NCBI RefSeq assembly: GCF_036321535.1
Contig: NC_087436.1
Location: forward strand, 84,694,001 to 84,758,000
Direction: 5' to 3'
Source: Camelus dromedarius
Taxonomy: Eukaryota
Length of the DNA stretch: 64,000 nt
Position 1 is the first letter of the stretch. Each line of letters begins with the position of its first letter. Positions 36,590 to 49,546 of the stretch are shown one piece after another. The position numbers and the translations under genes were made by a program. The notes below the pieces were generated by a model. It ran no database searches and was not told the origin of the DNA. It worked only from the letters and a program-made list of their open reading frames with translations.

Positions 36590-39500
36590 TGTTGGTGGAC
36601 GACTCTCCATAGAGCTCTCATTTCTGTGTCATTTTAGCATAGGCATGGACAGTCTTCATTCTGTACTACCTTTTCAAGGATTTTTGTATAGCCTTGGAAG
36701 GGTAGAGATAGTGTCACCCTAGAGCAGGGGGCAGCTTTTGTTTTCTGTCCAATACAAGAAAGAGACCTTCTTCCAGGGCAAAGGTTGGCAGGTTTGCTTG
36801 AAGCCCCTTACAGGAGACTGAGGTTTCCTAAATTCTGGCTCCTCAGCTGTGATATAAACCCACTACAGTTGCAGTATCTAGCTAGGCCTTCTTGCGTGCT
36901 CCCTGTGGGATCTGGGAACACGATGAACTGGTGTAAAACTCACACCGCCTGCTGTGCAGTGACAACGAGCCTCGTCCCTGACCCAGAAGCCTCCTGTCTT
37001 CTGCTGGCGCTCATGAAGCTGTGGCAGGCTCCATGCCAGGCGACCAGCAGGGCAAAGTCTCAGAACACTCACAGTTCTTCAATCTGGGCGACAAGGATAG
37101 GTGATGACAGATGTGGCTCTTGGAGAAGAAGGGATGAAGTTAGGGGACAGGAGGAGCTGGTGCAGGAACTGGTAGTAGCGAGCATGCTCTCTCACCCAAG
37201 CATTGGGTGGCGGGGAGGACATAGCAGTCCCAGTCGGTCCTACCTGTTAATGAAAATACTTAGAGGCTGAGCAATGAGAGGTGGGGTTGAAACAAGCTGT
37301 CTGAACAGTATTCTCCTCCTCAGGTGGGACAGGAATGAGATGTCCTCATGACGATGCAGCAGCAAGCCCCTCCGCCCCAGTCAAAAGGCCACACACTGTG
37401 GCTGTTGAAACAAATGGTGTCAGCAGTAAAGACACAGGACTTTGGTTCAGGCACTTGAAACCAGAAGTCAGTGCAAAGCTTTGCTTATTGGGGATGTCAA
37501 CTGAAAAAAAAAGAGAAAGAAAAGTACAACCCCTAGGAGTTGAGAATTTTGTTTTATTTGGTGGACAAAACTGAAGACTTAACTGCCAAAGACAGCCTCT
37601 CAGATAGCTCTGAGGGACTGCCCCAAAGAGGCAAGGGAGGCGCCAGGATATATACAAGTTTCTGCAACAAAAACCAGGTAGTGAAAACATCAAAAGATTA
37701 CTATTAATTAAAGAAAAACAGGTACCTCGAGTTAATGAATTTGGTGCTTTTCTATGTATGGGAAGATGCAAGAATCTGGGCCATTGAAACCATTCCTTTG
37801 ATATGAACTTCCGCTTTCCAGGGCCAGTGTCCTGGTTTCATCCTGAATCCCCTCAGGGCTCACAGTCCGGAGCGGCTGCAGTGGCTGATGGCTTGATGGC
37901 TGCAACATCCTTTGTTACTGATGTGGCAGGTGACATTCTTCACCCACACGTAGGAGCTGCTCTCTCCCTCTGTGCCTTCTGAGCTCTGCCTCCTTCTCTT
38001 TCCTGACCTCAGGAAAGTCCTGCTACTTTAAGGAACCAAATGACTGTGTCAAGGTTGAAGGCCATACACACTCTGCACAAATATACTTAGGAACTTCAGG
38101 GAGGGGAGGACTTAAATTTCTATGGCTCCCTTGGATATAGCCATCCAAGTCGCCATCCTACCTCGTCCAATGATGCTCGAATTTAACTGATGGGATTTGG
38201 GCAGGGTCCTGAATGGGGAAGAGAAGCTGATTTGACTTTACGGGTGCAAACTTAGGGACTAACTCAGTGTGCTGTTGTTGCTTGTACATCTGAGGGAGTG
38301 TTAGGAATTGAGGTGTTATGCTTCCATCCTGTAAGTGTCACAGAGGATTACCCCAATCAGGCAAGAGCAGAAAGTAGACATGTTAGTGGGACAAACTCCA
38401 CTGCCATTTGTCACTAGTGGGTAAACCAGAATTTGGCATGTGTGTCTTTCCTTACCCTCTGATTTCAAAGTTTTCACCCTATAAATGATATCCAACTGGT
38501 TGGCTAGTCAGATGCCTATCCAAGCAGGGTGGCTGATAAACCTCAACAAAATTCAGAGGCTTGCTTTCCAAGTGAAGCTTCTTGGGATTAAATGGGCAGA
38601 TTCACAGCCCTCTGTTCCTCGGGCACCCCAGAAAAAAGAGCTGTAGCTCTGCTCCCCTTCCCTCCTCTCCCCGACCAAAAAGGAGGTTTGGCTTCTTGTT
38701 GGACTTTTGGGGAACTGGAGACAGTATGTGCCTCACTTGGGCATTCTATTTGGTCCTTTATATCAGCTAACCCACAAATCAGCATATTTTGAGCGGGGCC
38801 CAAACCAATAGCAATGAATGCTCTCTTTGTCCCCTACAAAGAGCCTACACTGCAGCCTGGCGAAAAATCATACGGTCTGCCTGAATCAAGAAACTGCAGT
38901 GGCTGGCAGTCTGACCTGCTGCTGTGTCTGTCATTCCTGTCCACGTGCTACGCAAACAGAGCTCATCCACTCTTGAACCATTTATTTTTCTATGCTTAAT
39001 ACCTTCAATGGTCATTCCTGGACGTGGACTCTGCCTCGTACATGTACAAACACACAGACCAGCACAAACTTTTTAAAATCTTACTGATACGAATTCCCAT
39101 GCTTCTCCTGACAGCTGAGCAGCCTTGGGTTTTGCCATGTACAACTCTCAAGGCTGCAGCTACCCAGGGACATAGCCCTGGTTTCTCAACCAAACCAATG
39201 TAATGATGATCCAAATCAAGTTTAACAACATACTCCACACTAGAGTGACTTGTGACCTTCATGCTGTTTGTATGTGGAAGAGAGATGGTCACGGACTCTT
39301 CACTGTGGACGAGAGTGGCTTTTTTGCTCATCTATTGCCCTGCTGGCAATGACACCAGAGATTAGCAGGTCAGTCTAAATTGCATGAGTCATAATGAATA
39401 ACAGATTGACTTTAGACTACATCCTAGATGTCTAAGATAACACCCACTGCTCCCCGTGATAGTTACAGTTGGCTGTGTCTGGGATCCTGGGAGGCTTGAT

Positions 39501-40158
39501 TGAGGTCAGCACTACTGGTTAGCCTCCTTCTTCTACTTTTGTAATCTTATTGATAGTAACCTTCATTTATGCTGTATGAGACACATTGAACAGGTTTGGT
39601 CCCAGCCTCTGTTGAGCAGGTGGTCAGTGGAGTGGCATACTCAAGTTTGGCCAAGAATGTGTAGGATTAAGGGGTAGATCATCCCTGGGAGAGGCAATTT
39701 GCCATGGACCCTGAGGAATCCCTCTATATTCTTGTGGGTGTGCCAGGAAAGACAAGGCCCTGACTGATCTTTACTCAGGCCCTGTCTCAGCACTGTGTTT
39801 GCAGTGAGCAACCTTGCGGGATGAAGCAATGTATCCTTCTGGGACAAAGGGCAGGCTTACTAATTGCTTGCTATAAAAGAGATGGAGTAACTAAGCTCAG
39901 TGTTCTTAGGCTGTGACACGAACCTCTGCGTGCTTAGTGGTCCCCTGGGTCCCTCCACATTGCCCCGTGGGGTTTGGAGAGGTACAGAGAACCAGTGCAA
40001 ACATGATGCTATGCTGCTTGCTGTGCCGTGAAGAATAAAGACCTTTATCTCTGATCCAATAGTCTCTTATTTTATGCCAGCATTTAGGAAACAGTAATAG
40101 GTTAACTCATTAGCTTGCAATTCAGGTAAAATAAAATTCCAGACCTTTCCATTTGACT
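36590..40158 (+). mobile_element. LTR40-family class III ERV remnant: 5' LTR 36590-37081, internal region, 3' LTR about 39680-40158
   Basis: Both LTRs share R/U5 motifs (tgctgtgc.gtga, ctga.cca, gggcaaa/ggtaaaa...caga); PBS-like sequence at 37085-37103; PPT aaggggtaga at about 39669; env-like motifs at 38855-39580. Confidence 0.8.
37495..37948 (-). mobile_element. Artiodactyl MER41-like ERV1 solo LTR nested in the ERV internal region
   Basis: TG...CA ends; gacagcctctcagatagctctgagggactg...ttctatgtatgggaagatgcaaga; AATAAA on the minus strand at about 37553. Confidence 0.7.
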
Positions 40159-40510
40159 GTCTTTCAATTTCTTTAACACATGTTCTAGTGGAGTTCTGCA
40201 TTATTTCTTGTACCAAATTTCAGCATTTTAAATTTTCATGGAATTTATCCATTTTATATATTAGCATATAATCATCTTCATTTAAAAAATTTTGATACCT
40301 GATGTATTTGTAGTGATTTCCCCCTTCTATGTTTTGAATTATATACATATATATATAGATAGGTCTTGTTTCAAATAAAGTTCATTAATCAGTCCTTTTA
40401 TAGATCCAGCTGCCCCAATGCACGATTTTAAAGCTGTATCTACACCCAGCCCTTCCTTAAAATAAGAGTGGTATTAAATAACAATAGAAAGTAACAAAAA
40501 AGCACTAAGT

Positions 40511-40620
40511 GTGGTGAAAAAGAATATGAAAAAGAATATATGTATATTCATGTATGACTGAAGCACTGTGCTGTACACCAGAAATTGACACATTGTAAAC
40601 TGACATACTTCAACAACAAC
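40511..40620 (+). mobile_element. Short L1 3' tail with an (AAC)n tail
   Basis: gaaaaagaatatgaaaaagaat...cattgtaaactgac; TSD aaaagcac(t/c)aagtg. Confidence 0.82.
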
Positions 40621-40689
40621 AACAACAAAAGCACCAAGTGGAAATACTAAGTGAGAAAAAGGTAATAATTGAAATACAGAACACATGGG

Positions 40690-41610
40690 GGTTGTTGGGG
40701 CCTTGAAAAGAATGGTTTGACTGGAGTAATTGGAATAAAGCATGATTAGAATAGTTCAAGATGGAAAAGTGGGATGAACTGAGTATATTTAACCCCTTTT
40801 CAAGGAATTTTTGGTATGAAGGGTACAAAAAATGGGATGGTAGGGTTTAGGAGGGTTTTAAAATGGGCAAGTGGAAATGGGAGGTACGTATGCAAGTGGG
40901 AACAAGCCTACAGAGCAAAAATGACTGGAATGTGAGGTTAACTGCAGGAGTCTTTTGAATGGTAGAAGGAATGAATACTGATCACAACTAGATGGAATAG
41001 CTGGAGGAGAGACCCATCATGCTATACGAGGAGGGAAGGAAGTTCTATGGACACAGATGTGTTAAGAGATTTGGTGACTGAGAAACTTTTCTCATTCTTT
41101 CCATTTTCTCAGTGAAAAAAGGAGCAGGCTGAGAGTGAGGAGGGAGGATAGAAGGTCTGAGTACAGAGAAGGTGTGAAATACTTACAGGGTAGAGGTTAT
41201 GTGTGAATTAACCAGGAAAATGTGTAAGCATTCTCACAGGGTGTTGTGGGCCCCTGATTTGCAGGGCCACACATTTCAAGTGAAAAGAGTCAGCATCTTT
41301 GATTTCTTTTCCTGCCATGTTCAGCTTCTTAGGTACAGGTGCAGAGTAGTTACAGTAATTGGATACAAGTAAGATTTGAGTTTTCAGTTCAAGGAAAGGG
41401 AGAATTTAGGGTATATGCAAGGAAATGATGTCTATGCTTGATAAAGAGGAAACTGAGAGTGATGGATTTTTAGACGAAGGGTAGGTGATAGAATCAATTG
41501 TCTAGAGATCGTCGAGTCAAAGAATTGGCGGCATAATAAATAGAGTGACCTAGAATAAGGAGTGAGTAGGATGGTGGAAGTTGAGTTTTGGAGGTAATGA
41601 CAAGACCTAG
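40690..41610. mobile_element. Decayed L2 LINE fragments
   Basis: Purine-rich L2-like sequence, for example ccattttctcagtgaa; similar tracts at about 8320-8640, 9420-9900 and 10380-11060. Confidence 0.5.
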
Positions 41611-42050
41611 AGTGGTGTTCTCAAATATAGGTTGAGTCCCATTAGCAGGTCATGAAATCAATTTGGTGGGTCAGTCTCTCAATTAGCATTTTAAATCCTG
41701 GCTGCACATTAGAGTCATCTAGAGAATCTGAAATTTTCTTAAAATGCCCAACACCTCACTCCTAGAGATTCTTATTTACTTGGACTGATGAAGGTTTCAG
41801 AAATCAGTTTCTTATTAAAAATTTTCAGGGAACTCCAATATGCAAGCCTGCTCCATGAAGATACTGACCTAAAAAGACTGATGATAGAAGTAATGGCAGT
41901 AAGTCAGTAAGTCAGGTACTTATATTTTCTAAGAACTGTAGGGAGGGGTATGAGCTCAGATGTGTGATAAATTGTAACAAGGTGAGGTAGCAGGTGGCAT
42001 ATTCAATGATAATTAATGATCTCAATAAACAGTATTTACAACAGAGAAAA

Positions 42051-42075
42051 ACACACACACACACACACACACACA
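42051..42075. repeat. (CA)12 microsatellite
   Basis: Read directly. Confidence 0.95.
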
Positions 42076-42334
42076 AAGTCTGTTTAGCCGTTTTGTAAAT
42101 GGATTTCAAACATAAACTTTGACTTCATTTCTTGTATTTGGAACTAACTGGAAATAACTGAAAGTCAGAAAAAAAAAAAAAAAAGTGCCAGACATCTGAG
42201 TTTACAGATTTCTCCATATATCACCTGAGTTCAGAGATTTATCCATGCTAAAATTTGATTTCAGTAAACTGTACTTAATTTTAGAATTATGAATATTGCT
42301 AAAATTATTAAAAAATTATTTGTAAGAAAGAGAA

Positions 42335-44082
42335 AATAAATTAACTGGAAAGTTTATTGGAAAATCTGTCAGGCTCCATAATTTAAAATTATTTAAAACA
42401 AATTAAAAACATCTATAAGAGGTCAGAATATTCAGTACTTTAAGATAAAACTAATTAAAAATATAGTATCATGGTTGTGAAAATAACAATCAAGGAAGCT
42501 ATACATTTTTAAATTATAGAAAACATTAAAAATATCTAACAAAATATGTCTTGCTGTTGCTTTGGGGGAAAAGGTGGGGACAAATATTTATTTTATTTAC
42601 ATATATTTATTAAAGGATTTTCCATATAACATTGTCAACAGCCCCATTTCTCTTGTATTTTGCTATAATATATGAATTCACACACAGAAGATGGAATACA
42701 TAAAATTACAAAGATGGTGCAAAAGTATGCCACATCACATTCAAATGTACACTAAGGTACTGAAAAGGGCATAATCCAAACATAAAAAAAGTTAGTTTTA
42801 GAAAATGGACACTGGCCACCCCTATGTACATACATGTGCACACAAACTCCACTTTAGTGAGCCACAGGAGGAAATAAAGTGTATCGTAAATAACTGGTCT
42901 TCCACTTTCCTATGTTAGTTTTTAAGTTCTTTTTTTTTTTTAATCATAATGAAATCCATTAAGAACAGGATTTTCTTCAAATGTGTATGGTTTAAACACG
43001 ATTAGTTTTTATATGACAATCTATTTTATACTTCTGGTTTTTTATTAGTATTTGTATATACCTAAATTCTTTAAAGTTATAACTTTGAAAATTAATTGTA
43101 AAAACCTGTTTTCTAGTTAATTTGTCACAGTTCAGTGTTTCCATACTATTCTGGAAGACTGATAAATTATAACGTACAGGTTTAGAAGTATTATTGGGTA
43201 TTATTGAATGCATATTGGAATTTTAACAAAATGTATTTACCCCATATACCTTTGTACCCCAAATTTAGATTAGTACAGTGAGGAATTTTATTTACTGAAG
43301 AATGTCCCAAATTTCTGTTCTATTGTTTTACAAAATTCTAAATACAGCTTTTTGTTTGATTTTGATAGAACTGATATTATGTGAAGAGTCCATGTGATTA
43401 TAAAATATAATATGGTATATAAAATACAAATGAATCTTTCCCCTCACAGTTCTTCTAGTCGACAATAACAAATTATGTATGGTAACCATCATTTTATCAA
43501 GACCTCTGCTATTATAAGAATAGACCTGAATGTATTCCCTTCAATGATAAACAATAAATTGGTGAATAATTAGTTTTACATTTAGAAGAAAAAAGCTAAA
43601 CATGACAGCATAGCATTAAAGTTGATCAACCTTTGTGAATGCGTTAAAGATACGCGTTATAAACACAGGCATGGAAACTAAATACACTTTAAAAACAAGT
43701 ACTGTAAGAATATTTACATACATATATCATGGCTCATTAAGAAAAAGATTATTAAAGCATAATGTGAACAATACATTATATTAATTCACAGTAAAAACAC
43801 ACTTTGAGGAGTAATTTAAGTCAGGAGTAATAAAAATACAGATATAACATCAGTTAGCACTATTAATACATATTTTGTTCTGTCATATATAAGAAAATAT
43901 ACACATAGATATAGTTCTTTTAAATCAATTTTTTTACATAAATATTCATTGATTTAAATAAAAGTTGACAGAGGTAGAATTTGTGTCAATGTCCATGATT
44001 TTCAGGAACAAGTACTTCAAATATTTCATTACTGTTTGCCCTTTTAAAAATACATTTGGCCAACTCACTGAAAGGCATCATT
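42335..44082 (-). other. CEP135: CEP135 terminal non-coding (3'UTR) exon
   Basis: Strong acceptor (ctttcctctcttccccctttTCAG, AG at 44084-44083); about 1.75 kb of AT-rich, repeat-poor sequence; ends near an AATAAA with a U-rich downstream element. The 3' end is approximate. Confidence 0.7.
42353..42358 (-). terminator. Probable distal polyadenylation signal AATAAA of CEP135
   Basis: tttatt on the + strand, followed on the minus strand by U-rich tttattttctctttctt; other AATAAA copies at about 42587, 42606, 43041 and 43287. Confidence 0.55.
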
Positions 44083-44994
44083 CTGAAAAGGGGGAAGAGA
44101 GGAAAGTTGGGTTATGAAAAAAATGATAAACATAATGACTCAGTACATTCATGAAAAAGTGAAATTCAGTAATGTCTTAACTGAAATTATAGTCTCTAAT
44201 AAAACCTTTGCCCATAATCAAGTTATATTTAATAGTTAAGAAGTACTGTTCTCTATTTCAAAAAGATATTCCCTTCAAAACTACCAACCACATCAAAGTA
44301 TGTAAGTACTAAAAGAGTGATATGCAGTGAAAGGAATGAGATAGCACAGTATGTTATCTCACTCAAAAGAAGGGATAATACAATGTCTAGGTTTAGGAAA
44401 ATTATAAACAAGTACTGTAAATTATGTTGTCTGAGTCTTAAAATAGGATGTTAGGGATGGACAAATATTTTTTCAAACATTTTGAACTTATGTGCTATCC
44501 AATCACCCTTCCAATTAAAACACACACATATTAAAATATGAAAAATCACAAAATGGAAACAGTAAGAAAGTAATTTTTTTCTATATCTAGGAAGACATAC
44601 TTAAGAAGAAATTATCAGACAGGTTCTCTAATATTGGTGTAAAATGTTATTTATAAGGAAAAAATGGAAACAGGTTATATGTCCCGTAAGAGGAGAATGA
44701 TTAAATGAATCATGGAATATTCGATGAACTGTTAAATCACTGGTTTAAAACAGCATTTTTGAAAATGCTCTAACAGTAAGAATAAAGGCATGCAACAATA
44801 TTAAGGGGAATACCCTCACAGAACAAAACAAAACAAAAAAGCTGATAAAAACAATTTCGAGTATGAGTTCTATTAAAATTACATATATATGTCTATGCAT
44901 GTGTGTGTATGTTTATTACAAATTAAACATAAGAAGGAAGTACACCAAATGCTAATTGCTATTTTCTCTGGGTTGTAGGGTTAAAAGTGACTGA

Positions 44995-45492
44995 TTTGTA
45001 CATTCATATTCACAGCAGCATTTTCACAATAACCAAAAGGTGGAAGCAACCCAAGTGGTGAATGGATAAACAAAGTGTGCTACATACACAGAATGGAATA
45101 CTATGCAGCCTCAAAAAGGAAGGGAATTCTGACACAGGCTCGACATGGATATAACCTGGAAACATTATAATAAGTGAAACAAGTCAGTCACAAAAAGACA
45201 AATACTGCATGACTCCACTTACATAAGGTACGTAAAATAGTCACATTCACAGAGACAGAAATTGTAACAGTGGTTGCCAGAGGCTGGGAGGCGGACAGAA
45301 TAGGGGTTTATTGTTTAATGAGTACAGAGTGTCAGTTGGGGAAGATGAAGAAGTTCTGGAGATTGATGGTAGAAATGATTTTTGCACAAGAGCTTGAATG
45401 AACTAACTGCCAGAGAAATGTACACTTAAAAATGGTTAAAACAATAAATTTGACCTTATGTATATTTTAACCCAATAATAAATGTAAAAAAA
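44995..45492 (+). mobile_element. L1MB-like 3' end
   Basis: cacagcagcattttcacaataaccaaaaggtggaagcaaccc...gtacacttaaaaatggttaaaa. Confidence 0.85.
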
Positions 45493-45784
45493 GTGACTTT
45501 GATTTTCTTCTTTATACTTTTGTATTTTATGTTTTCTCAGTGAGCATGTGTTAGATGCAGTAATTAGAACAGTAAAAAAATTGGATTATATATTTTTACT
45601 ATTAGAGAGATACTGTAAATATGATGATATGAATATTTCATATTCATTTCTAGGTACTTACAAGGAAATCCCTTAAAATTAGTTTTGGTGACAATATGAG
45701 AAAATATAAATGGAAATGTGTTACCAATTAACAACATCATTAGGATGCTCTGGGAATTTGTTAATGATTATAGGCACTTTCTAA

Positions 45785-46485
45785 TCCACATCTATTAGGA
45801 TGGCTATAATTAAAACAAGGAAAATAAGTGTTGACAAGGATTTGGAAAATTGGAATTCTTACATTGCTGGTGAAAATGTAAAATTGTACAATCATGTGGA
45901 AAAGTTTGGCTAAGTATTCAAAAAGTTAAACATAGAATTACCTTATGACTCAGCAACTCTAGGTACCCCCAAAAGATTTGAAAATAGACTAAAACAGGTA
46001 TTCGTACACCAGTGTTCATGGCAGCATTATTAACAACAGCTAAGAGGTAAAAACAACCCAGTTGTCCATCAACTGATGAATGGATAAACAAAATGTGGTA
46101 TAAATACAAAGAAATACTATTCAGGCATGAAAAGGAATGAAGTTCTGATACACGCTACAAAATAGATGAACCTTGAAGACATTATCCTAAATGAAATAAA
46201 CCAGACTCAAAAAGATAAATACTGTGTAAATTCACTCATATGAAAATCTGGAATAGGCTAATTTATAGAGACAGAAAGTAGATCAGCGGTTACCAGGGGC
46301 TGGGGAGGTGAAGTCAGGGGACTGGAGAGTTACTGCTTAATGGATACAGTTTCTGTTTGGGGTGATGAAAAAGTTCTGGAAACAGTGGTGATGGTTGTTT
46401 AATATTGTGAATTTAATGTCAATGAGTTATACATTTAAAAAAATAGTTAAGGAAAAATTCATGTTATATATATTTTATTACAGTT
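45785..46485 (+). mobile_element. L1MB-like 3' end
   Basis: agaattaccttatgactcagca...gatgaatggataaacaaaatgtggt. Confidence 0.85.
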
Positions 46486-46687
46486 TCTAAAAGTTTTCTA
46501 ATTCATCACACAGCTTTAGAGATTGCTGGAATCCACTATGTTCTAAATCAGTGGTTCTTAAAGTACATCTGGGGATCCTTGGGAGTCAAGACTCTACTTT
46601 CATAAAACTAAGGAACTATTTGCTTTTTTCACTCTTATTTGAGTGTACAAGTAAGCCTTCCAGGGGATACATAACATGAAAAGCACG

Positions 46688-46878
46688 CTAGTAAGTAAAT
46701 ATTTTAGATCTGTGGGCCACAAGGTCCCTGTCACAACTACTCAGTTCTGCCACTGCAGAAAAGCAGTCTTAGACAACATGTAAACAAATGGGTGTGGCTA
46801 TGCTCCAATAAAGCTTAATTTACAAAAATAGGCAGTGGTGTGGACTTTGGCGCAAAGGCCTGAGTTTACCAACCCCTG
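46688..46878. mobile_element. MER58A-like hAT element
   Basis: gtaaatattttag...ctgtcacaactactcag...gtaaacaaatgggtgtggct...aacccctg. Confidence 0.8.
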
Positions 46879-48733
46879 ATTTAAAATGGAGCTGTGAACC
46901 AAGCATGAAAAAAATGTCTGTCACAACTCCTACGAAGTTTTATAATGAGAAGCTGAACCTCCATCTAATCACTTTCAAATGAAAGCGGCAGCTTAGAAGT
47001 TGTGAGGACACAGCGACTGCAGCCAGCCTCAAAATGAAAAAGGAAAACTAATGTTTCAATCACACAAACACAAAAGAAAAAGCACAGCTATCAGGAAACA
47101 TTTAAACATAGGCCCTGCAAATACCAATAAACCCTGGGGGCATCAATATGTTAATGCATAGAGCGTAACTAATGTTCACAGTCAGGATTCAGAGTCATCA
47201 AAGAGTGCTTAATTATCTTCTATACACTTCCAGTGAAAGAGGCAAAGAAATGCATATTTTTTTGAAAGGACTGACTACTATTTCTGTCAATGAGCATGCA
47301 TTTTCCTCAGTCATCTACCTTTCAAACTCTGGGTCTGACATGCTTCTCTCCCATTCATTCCCATCTCCAATGAATCAGCACATCACCTGGACCCTTCCTC
47401 AACCAAATGTGTCCTAGCTCTTTACAACCCCTTTGGGAAACTGCCTTGCAGTAACTACTCAAGCTCAAACACACAGTCCAGCGACCTGACATGCAACGAA
47501 CATGCATGTCCGGTGACCTGACAAATTTCACTCTTAAGCGTATATTCAAAAGGAATGTACGCATCTGTTCGCCAACATACAGATATTAGAATGTTTACCA
47601 TAACTCCACTGGTAATAGCCCAAACTGGAAATTACCAAGTGCCCATCAAAAATAGAACAAGGAAATGGATTGCGGTAAGCTCATATAATGGAATACCATA
47701 CAGTGACAAGACTGAACAATCTACAAGTACACACAGCAGCATGGATAAATCTCACAAAGGTACTGATGAGGAAAAAAAAGCCAGAAATGTCAGATTTCAT
47801 TTATAAAATGTCCAGAAACAGACAAAAGGAGTCTATGCTTTTAATAATCAGGACAGTTACTTTTAGAGCAGGGCTTATGACCTAAAGGAAGCCCAAGAGA
47901 GGTCATGCGTTGTTTCCTAATCTGGGTGCACAGGTGTGTTCAGTTTGTAAAAACTCATTGAACACCTTTACAGCACTTTTCTGTACGTATATTATAATTT
48001 ATTTTTAAAAATCTATCCTAGCTTTCAATATTATTTACTGATCTGGAACTGATTATTCATTTCATACCTCTTTCTGGTCTCCCTGCCTCTGGTTTCAACT
48101 GTCCCCAAAATGGCCCAAATACAGTTGTGAAGTTAATCCACCAGGAACAGTCCTTCCATCTCTACCCCTCCTCTGTACTCATCCTATACACAGGAGGACC
48201 TTCGATGACTCTCCCTGACTTAGAGAATCAAGTCTACCGTCTCTTCAGCCTCACATTCGGTACATTCCACATACCCCACTCTACCCTCAGCGCCTTTCTC
48301 CCTCAGTGACCCCAGCAACCTGCTATTCCTGTCAGACTGACTATTGTGCCACCTGTTCCTGTTTCTGTGTCTCTGTCCACACTTTTATTACCTATTATTT
48401 TTACCCTGAATTTGGCACTTCATCAAATATGACCCTGTGATATCTCATAGTGTCATTTAATTTTTGTTGTGATGTCTTCTCTTTTTCAACTGAGGTATAA
48501 TTTACAGACAATAAAATGCATGGACTATAAATGTTCAGTTCAAGTTTTTAACTTCTATATACCACCCTTGTAACCCTCACCAAGATACAGAACATTCTAT
48601 TACTTCCAAAAGTTCTTGACCACCTTTGTAGGCGATCTCCCCTCCTCCTACACAGAAAAACACTTTCTGATTTTTTTATAGCCATAGACTAGTTTTGCTT
48701 GTCCTTGGTGTAACACACATACCTTTCTGAGAA

Positions 48734-48833
48734 TCAGTTTACATGTTCCGGAGAATGTAAAGGAGACCTCAGAGTAGAGCTAAGGGGGGGTGTGCGAAGA
48801 CCATGCCGACGCATCTCTTGGATTGCTCGTTCT
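48734..48833 (-). CDS. CEP135: CEP135 last coding exon, ERAIQEMRRHGLRTPPLSSTLRSPLHSPEHVN* (exon continues to a donor at 48723)
   Basis: cag| acceptor; TGA at 48734-48736; aag|gtatgt donor 11 nt after the stop; matches recalled CEP135 C-terminus ERAIQEMRRHGLATPPLSSTLRSP. Confidence 0.95.
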
Positions 48834-49546
48834 CTGTCAGTAAAGATTAAATAAGAGATTATACCAAAAAGTGGCATAGAAATAAAAGGTCCTGTTACTG
48901 CTATTAGTTAAAGTAATTCCTACTCAATTAATTAATATTTCTACTAAGTTTAAATCCTTTGTCTTTAAATCATTTTTAAGCTATGGATAAGGGAGATTTC
49001 AATTAAAGGAATACATACTTTAAGAGATTGTTTGAAGCCCCTCTGAATATATATTTTCCAAGTTGACTGGTTCTCCTTTCTGCCCCTACCTTTCCCACCT
49101 CTTCTTGCACATAAATTTAGTCCTCTTCCTTCTTCCTATCTCAAAACTCCCAATGTTAGAAGTGAAACAATCCATTTTCTGTTATGCTTTCCTTCCCCGT
49201 GTCTGGGTCTGCCTGCATTTGGAACTCCTACTGGACCATGATGTTTGGACTCCTGTAGAATCCACAGTAGCTTGCTGATTCCCTAACTACATCCTTTGAG
49301 ATAACACCCTAATTTTGCCCTGAGGAACATTACAGGAAACATTTATACAATACTTGCTACTTTATTTATTGTAGTGATATTACCTTCTACAACACTTGTT
49401 GCCTTTCCAGGAAGAATTACCAAAGAAATTTATTTTACATATTAATGCTAAGAAAAGTTTATTACTTGTAAGCCATATTAAATCCTTTTTGGAATAGTAT
49501 AGGGAATAAATAAAAACACTGTTCAATGCTAAAAATATTTTCTTAC

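Noticed and set aside
36785..37771. 161-aa and 141-aa ORFs as novel proteins
   Set aside because: They lie across LTR and leader sequence and show no recognisable domain.
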